A stretch of 64,000 nt of DNA, from positions 3,596,001 through 3,660,000 of the forward strand of contig CDLV01000004.1 in assembly GCA_001244265.2 (NCBI GenBank), in the 5' to 3' direction. This document shows, piece after piece, positions 56,591-64,000 of the stretch (the first letter of the stretch is position 1; each line of letters starts with the position of its first letter). Below the pieces are notes generated by a model. It ran no database searches and was not told the DNA's origin. It saw nothing but the letters and a program-made list of their open reading frames with translations. Made by a program: the position numbers and the translations under genes. Source of the DNA: Microbotryum violaceum. Taxonomy: Eukaryota.

Positions 56591-58039
56591 GGCCCGTACC
56601 CATGTCGGGGGGTGGGGTGGGTATGAGGCGCCGTTGCTAATGAGCGCCGCAGAAAAAAGAAAAAAGAAATGCGCGCCGCGCGAGAAAAAAAAAAAGGTCC
56701 TCGACTCGGACGTTGCCCCTCGGGAGCGGTCGGGAGGAGCAGTCGGGAGCAGTCGGGAGCTCTGAAGCTCTGAGTCGCCGAGTGGCTGAGAGGTGGAGTC
56801 GGCAAGTGATAGCATCTGTTGCTCAATCACCTGCCTTGGCTGTCGCTTCGGACCAAAGTTCGGTGGCGGAGGTAACGTTTTCTCCTCTGATCCCTCTTCG
56901 GATCCGAACTTAGAATCATCTCCTGGATCCTCTGCTTCCCCGCAAGGATGTCCTGAACTTGACGCCTCTCCATACTTGATTCCGAAAGTCCCGACGATGG
57001 TGAATCATCCTCGCTCGCTTTGTCGTCGTCGTCGTCCCGGCAGATCAACACTTGCGCTCTTTCCCCAGTCTTCCTCTTCTTCTGATTGCCTCCCACTTAC
57101 GAATCTTTGCACACCCTTGCCCTTCCTGCTCTCCTCCTTGCTAATGGGCATCACTTGCATCGCTTCGGCGGGGGAGGGGGAAGGGGCGCGCGAAGCGGAT
57201 TTCTTGAGCCCGAGCTGAGCGCCACTCAGCCGGCCACGCGCCGAGCGTGGCGCTGGTGTAAAGAGCCTACCTCCATTGCGATCATCCGCATGTACCGGAG
57301 ATGATCGCGACGTCCTTGCGTCGCTCGAGGTTGATCGGCTAAAAGCCGGGTCGGGCAATGGCGCGGCGGGAGCTGGATGACGGGTGGTCGAGGCGCGACT
57401 CGACGACTGCAAAAGAGTTGAGCTCGATCCCGAGGGATAGACGAGGGACGACTTGAGGATGTGAAAAGAGTCGAGCCGGATTCGAAGGGATTTGGCCAGT
57501 CGTTAACGTAAGCCCGAGGCACATTGTCCCGGATCTAGTCTACGAAAGCGAGAGCCGAGAGATCAGCAATGGGACACGGAACAAGGGACGGCAAACGGCA
57601 AACGTGAATCGACGAGACTCACCTGTTTCCTCTAGACCCAGGTTGTGAGAGTTGATCAGCTCCAGATATGCTGCTGGACCTCGTTTCTCAGCCGCGACCC
57701 TAGCATCCGTCTGCCCGAAAGCCATCGCGCGTTGTTCAATTGAGCGTAGATCGGCTCGGCGAGCTTCGATTTTGGCAGCCATGGCAGCGAATTGTTTTTC
57801 ATTTTCTGGAGCGTTACCACCATGTTCATCATAACGAGCTGTTGAGCTGGAGTGAGTGGAGCTTGAGGTTGAAGTTTCTAAGACCAGTGGGAACCCGTTA
57901 AATCAACGGGAGGATCAAATTCAAAAGAAAAGCAGGATAATTGAACAGTCTACATGATCTCAGCGCAGAGGTTAAGAAACACCCTACGAAGTACAGCACA
58001 GAAACAAATCCATTCATCCTACATTCATCGCCAAAACAG

Positions 58040-59870
58040 CCTGCATGTCGCTTGTTGCCGGATTTGGCTTCAAACACTTGTGCAATGAGATCCGGACGGG
58101 TGCATGCTTTGTCATTCAGCCCCAGTGCAGCCTTGAATTCCGGTGCTTCGGGGTCGTACGTCATCGTGATGAACAGCGGAGGCTTTCCATGTTTGACAAC
58201 GCACGCCATCGCATCCTGGTATCGCTGCGTGATGTTGCACGGTCTATTCTCGAACGTCGAGCCCAAAGTCATCAAACGTCCAATTGGGTTTGGGGTCAAG
58301 CCGTTGATGCCTTGGGTCGTGGTGAGGCGTAGGTTCTCTTGATGCAACCGGATGTGTTGAGTCAATCGGTCTCAACTTGGGAGTATATCCGTAAATCACA
58401 AACTCCAGGAAGGGACGCTGGGTGCAATGCGGGATTGAGAAGTACTCGTCGCGTTTGGCAATTAGTGCGCAAAGAATTGTGATCGCGAGACTCACCACCT
58501 CGACCCCTTTACTTGACCTTTGTCCTAGGTGTTCAAAAGTTCAATGTCAGTCTGTGCTTGCGCCTTGAACAGAATGGAGCATCCGAGAAAGAGCCGAAGA
58601 CGGGTACGTTCACCATCACCATTCTTTTCGTCCCCCGCCGTCTTCATCCTCATCGTCACAGTCTTCGTCCTCCTCTTCGCCTTCGTCAGCAAGACCGAGA
58701 CCGACAAGTACCTCGCGCGATTGGACGGACACCTTTGCCAATCTGCTCTCGGTTTCTGGCGATTGGCAGCCCAGCTTAGCAAAACCCGCAAAGAGGAATA
58801 TTGGGGTGGAAGCCATCTTCCCCTGCAGGGAATAGGAGTGGGTAACGGAGAGGCATCGCGGACGGATGGAGCGAGCTAACGATTTGGTACTTGGGCCGAC
58901 CATCGGGACATCGATCACCGTTCACTTGGAGAATAAGGTCTTGAGGTCCACAATCTCCCGTGTTGGTGTCGGAATCGCAGAGAAGCATCGCCATTTCCGT
59001 GCTCGACGTAGGAAGGTTGTGGGTGCGTCGGTCTCGGCCAGGTGGTAGGCAGAGGCGCAGGGCCGGCTCTTTGGCCGTGTCCCAACCTGCGCGGGCTTTG
59101 GCCGATGCGAACTCCCTCACAAAGTGATTCTTGGTACGCAACATGGACTCGAGCTTGGTCAAAGTGGATCTTTGTATGCGACTGTCTGCGCCGTCGGGTC
59201 CCAGTCGAGTGTCAGTGGCTTCGGCCAGGTCGATGAGCCATATTTGGGCAAAGGCTGGGCGTTGATTCACGGCAGGGATCAGGGCGCCAAGTCGATGATA
59301 GCGGCGACCGAACACGCGAAACATGGGGAGTCCTAGAGTGCCCAGCCGTGTCTGGTCGAAGTGAAAGACGGCGCGTTGTTGTGCGACCGGGCGTTTTCGC
59401 GGAATGCTTGAGCTCCTGTGTAGGTGGGTTGCACAGTTCAGCAAGCGGGTCTACTGTAGACGGATGTTGTTGGACGGAGCAACTGACCGCTATCCTTCAA
59501 GTAGATTTCGATACTTGGGATCGGGCTGGGAGGGGGAGGTAGCTGCACCTTACCCTGCGAGCAGCACGTGCTGAAGTGTCCGGTCGACTTCGACCTTTAG
59601 CACTCCCAGTGTCGAGTCTTGAAGTGGATACACACGGCCATCTGGGGCCGAGGTAGTCGCGGATGGGAACGTGGCGCTTGAGTGGTTTGAGCGCGGTTCG
59701 AGGCCTGTGCACTTGCTCTGCGCAGGAAGAGGTGGTGGTGGGGCGAGCTCAGCGTCGGTTCGGCCATCGGGCCCTCGCGCTGACCACGCTGTCCGTTCTA
59801 CAAAGCTGTACGGCTGACGCTTATACGGGTCGCAATACCAAGATCGGTTGGTTATTGTCATTACGCGCGG
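58040..59870 (-). mobile_element. Helitron Rep-helicase N-terminal fragment, decayed
   Basis: FRVFGRRYHRLGALIP, PAFAQIW, LRYPLLFPAGEDGFH, QRYQDAMA...GKPPLFITMT, RPDLIAQVF. Confidence 0.88.
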
Positions 59871-60305
59871 GGAGCTGATTCTGTTGATCGGAGCGGGACG
59901 AAAAGAGGAGAGGAGATGAGCGGGGCGCCCAGCGGGTTCATGGTCTCCCCATGTTCCCGCGGTACGCGAAAATTAGAGAGAGTAGCGCGGGAGTATTCAC
60001 AGGTCACAGCGCCTGGGACCTCATGTTGTTGTTGAGCCCCTAAAACCGGTATCGGGATGCCAGAAATATGTCACGTGATCGACGGGGCATCGCGCAGCTT
60101 ATTAGTGACGCTCTAAGGAACGTCAGGTCGGGCGCAAGTCGCCGGGGTCGGGCGCGAGTCCGGGCTGGGGTCGGGCGCAAGTCGGGTGATGGGGTCGGGC
60201 TGGGGTCGGCGGTGGGTCGGGTTCGTTCGGATAGCCCGACATGCAGGTCGATACGAAGTCGGCGCGCAGTCGGGTCTAAGTCAAGTCTCTATAAACTGCG
60301 CCTAG

Positions 60306-60518
<213 letters not shown>

Positions 60519-60599
60519 TAGTCGCTACAATGACTATGACTTCTGATCCACCATAGGCTCACCTGGACACTCGTGTTAGTCGCTGAGGGGAGACTAAGA

Positions 60600-61833
60600 G
60601 TGTCCAGGCGCGCGCTCCCTTCTCATAAGGCCCAGGCGCACGGGCCTTACATCTTGGAGTCCGAGTTCTGCACCGCAAGCTTGGCGTGGACCGGCCGCAA
60701 CAGTTGTTCCTCGGAGGCGATCTCGGGTACGTGGGCTCGGATCCGGAGTAGGCGCGCGCGCTCCTCCACCGCCCGCTTGAGTTCCTCGGACGTCCTTGTC
60801 CATTCTGCCGTTTCCGCCTCCCCCCATTCCGGTATCGCCTCCAGATCCTGCACCCTCCCACCAAATACTCCATCCGTTCCGTCCGCTCCCGATGCAGCCT
60901 CCTCGCCATCTCCCCACCCCTATCCCTGCACGCCTTCAGAATGACCTCGAGCTCCCCCACCGGTTCCTCCCCGCTTGCCCTTTCCAACCATCCTTCCATC
61001 ATCCGCTGGAACTCCACCGTCTTAAAGGTTGTGGTGTTGATTCGATGTAGTTGGTTTGATGTGGTAGGTAGGCTGAGCTGTGGGAGGGTCGCATCAGGAT
61101 CGTCTGAGAGAGCCAGCACAATCAAGACCGGTCGGTGATCGGAAAGCTCCTTGGGATAGTCGTAGATCGTCGAGGCCTGATCGAGTCTTTTTTGGTGTGT
61201 CCGTTGCAGGAGAAAGTAGTCAAGCCGGGAGAAGGAGTTGGGTCGCTTGCGATTGGGATTAGGTCGAGTGAAGGATGGGGTGATGGGGTGTTTGTAGCGG
61301 ATGCAGTCCGTGTAGGCCGAGTCGAGCTTGCCGATCAGGATTGGCCAGTGGTGGCCGCGCCGACTTTGGTTCCGCCGATCGACTTCTGGGCGCGGGCAGT
61401 CGTTGAGATCACCGCCGAGGAGTCGGAGGTGGGATTTCTGTGTTTTGTGAAATAAGAGTTTGTCAAAGAATTTCGCTCGTTGCTTTGGGTCAACGGGCGC
61501 GTAAACGTTGTTGATTTCTAGAATTTTGATGTCGCCCCGCAGACGAAAGGACATGACGAGGAGCCGGCCGTCGAGTGCCGAGTGGGTGCGCAAGAGCTCG
61601 GCGTCGATCAGGGGGGAGTCAGCCGGAATTAGAGTCAGACAATGTTGGTTGATGAAGAGCTTGCCCTCGTACTCATCCTTGATGAGTTGCCAGAGGTGCG
61701 GTCTGATGAAGTGCTCTTGTATGAGAATGGCTGATGCTTTGAAAAGGGATAGGTAGTTGTAAGTGTCACATCGTTTCTTCGGGACCCCCATGCCCCTCCT
61801 CACGTTCCCGGTGATGATGGTGTGCTTAATCAT
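60600..61833 (-). pseudogene. LINE ORF2, AP-endonuclease domain only
   Basis: Complete APE motif set, a frameshift near 60855, and no RT motifs follow. Confidence 0.85.
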
Positions 61834-63883
61834 TAATGGGTAGTTGAGGTCAAAGCGCTCTTGGCGGTGGTGACGTCCTCAAAGAGGGGGAGGGCGGGCA
61901 GGACATTGTCCTTGGGCTCGTGGTCGGACCATCTTTTCTCCTCGGCTACCCCCTTTGCTTTCCCTCGGTCCACTTTTGTCACGCCAACCGGCATCGCCGC
62001 CGCCGCTGACATCGACCTCGTCACCCTCCGCCCCTCTGTTCCATCCTTGACAACGACGCAGCTCTTCCCTTTGATGATCACTCGCTTGGCGTCGGTCGGT
62101 TCGTCACTCGGGTCACTGAGGTCCGCCGCAGTCTGCGACCTCTTCATTACCGGCTTCTTGAACTTCGCAGCGGTCCCCCTGATATTAATGGAACGTATCT
62201 CACCGTCCTCATCCCACGTGGCAAAGTTGTGACGCACCAAAGGGGTTTCAGCGTCAAGCCTCCTCTCGATGCTTTGGTCCCGCTCGAGTCGTGCCTGCTC
62301 AACCCAGTTAGCTCTGATCCTGTCCCACTCCTCCCCCTCGCGAAGCGACTTGGCAAGAGTTTCGGGTGACAAAGTTGGGGTTGGTTCGTGGGGTGTCAAT
62401 TTGCGGGAAGCGGTGGCGGCGGTTGCTGTTGCGTCGCTGTCGTCGTCATTGTCCAGCCTGTTCGTCTCCCCTAAGTCCGTCGGTTCCGCGTTCTCCGCTT
62501 TCGTCGCTCCCCCTGCCTCGTCCACATCGTCCACCTCCGTCGCCACCTCCTCTTCCTCCATCTCCGTCGCCACCTCCTCTTCCTCCATCTCCGTCGCCAC
62601 CTTGCCTTCTGTTTCGCCCCTTCCATCCGCCATCACCTCATCCTCATCAATCACCTCTCTATCGGATCCTCTGCGGTCCTCTAAAACCGACTCGTCCTCG
62701 CTCTCAAGTTTGATGACCTCCGTTTTCGCGGTCGCCTCTGCTTCCATCTCCGAGTCCTCCGAGTCCTCGTCATCCGCCTTATCACCAGCGTCCTCCTCCC
62801 CGATTCCTCCGGCCCCTGTCCGCTCTGGCCAGTTATCGCTTCCTCCTGTCCCTCTTCAACCTCGAGCCCGGCGAAGCGATTCTGTGATGCGATCCTGTTA
62901 ACAACCGGCACAGGAATGGGGACCTCGGCATCCACAATGTTGGTGTCGTTGGTGATGGTGCTCTTGTTGGCGTTGGCGTTGGCGTTGTGAGCCTCCTTTC
63001 GCTTCCTCTCCGGACCCAGTCCGCAGGTTCCCACGTGACCCACGAAGTGGCACCTACCGCAAGCCGCCTCCTTCTCATAGTCATGGCAAAGGGCGGTGAC
63101 CGGGATGCCTTGAGTGGGAAGGCCGATTCTCGAAGGTAGGATCTCTTTCAAGTTCGTGTTAGGGCGTTTGAACAGGGAGTCGTCATCGAACTGTAGGAAA
63201 GCTGAGTAGTCTCCGGCAACGTGGGCAAAGGCCAAGGCGTTGTCCACGCTGATAATGCGCAGAACCTGCACAAGTTGGCACAAATGTCCCTTGCCTGACA
63301 AGTCCTGCACTAGTGATTGTAACGATTTGATGATGGCGTCCATGGAAAGCACTCCTTGAACACCAACGTTGATTCGAAGCTCAACCATGTTATGGTGGAA
63401 CCTGTGAGATTTTGCGAAGCGGGCCTTCGCCGATCGCCAAGTGAGAGCAGGGGGCGTCGTAAGCGCAGCGTCACGTGCCTCGCCGGTGACGAACCCAACC
63501 GTAACGCGATGGTGAGCCGCCCCATTACGCAGGATTGATGAATGTTGTACGCCTAGGATCTGTGGTCGATAGGCCGCAAGGTGGTCCGGCAGAGGAACTC
63601 CAGGCTCAAAGCAGATAGGAGAGATCGGCGATAACAGCCTCGTGACGCAGGCCACGAGATCGGTCTTGTCGGCATGAGACGCTCGCGAGGCGCTCTGGTG
63701 AGACAGAGTCACTTCAAGGGCGTAATCAAAGATGTTCTCGACAGACCGGTTCGCGTTCAAGGCCGAGAATTTCAGCGATGTGGCGGTGGCGACGGGGTAG
63801 AGTTCGGCGAAGTAGATGGCCTGGACCCAACGATCCATGCGGTTTCCGGGTACAGCACCCATGGCTTGTAGGAGGCTGCCCAA
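61833..63883 (-). pseudogene. LINE ORF1 (Gag-like), frameshifted near 62780
   Basis: ORFs 62681-63883 and 61833-62747; zinc knuckle; 27-bp repeat encoding VATEMEEEE; stop overlaps the ORF2 start. Confidence 0.75.
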
Positions 63884-64000
63884 AGCCTTGGCACGCTGTT
63901 GTTGTTGTTGCTGTTGTTCAGGTGACTGAGTCGCCTGACTCGCAGCGGCGGCATAGTTGGGTGCGGCGGTGGCGGGGCCCGTGACTTGCGTCTTCTTCGA

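Noticed and set aside
56790-57860. Multi-exon host gene on the minus strand
   Set aside because: Low-complexity ORF pieces with frame breaks and no recognisable domain, so a call cannot be supported.
58529-58879. Serine carboxypeptidase-like motif LQGIGVGNG with a TM helix
   Set aside because: It is the antisense of the Helitron YPLLFPAGEDGFH region and an acidic stretch; no other S10 motifs are present.

Overview
Eukaryotic, intron-rich fungal DNA. It is most likely a basidiomycete; a Microbotryomycete such as Microbotryum is inferred from gene style and TE load but is not proven. A few host genes sit as islands in nested, mostly decayed transposable elements. The apparently intact host genes are prefoldin subunit 3, a secreted Ser/Thr-rich protein, NOC2, a 95-aa hypothetical protein and ESF2. 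A class III alcohol/formaldehyde dehydrogenase and a GH3 beta-glucosidase are broken. TEs include a DIRS/Ngaro-type retroelement, three non-LTR retroelement remnants, Copia and Gypsy remnants, several Helitrons (one carrying a ~21-unit satellite derived from its own helicase intron), a pogo/Tigger derivative, a MULE-like remnant and a gag-only LTR element with an oligo-T tract in place of a tRNA primer-binding site. The most notable signal is a DNA-transposon family present in five pieces. It encodes a spliced protein with an N-terminal Ulp1/C48-like protease fused to a P-element-like DD(DxxH)E transposase, has ~23-bp AGG...CCT terminal inverted repeats and an 8-bp target-site duplication, and three of its ends lie 160-270 bp upstream of host start codons. 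All calls come from reading motifs by eye; no database searches were run. Some homopolymer frameshifts could be assembly errors.
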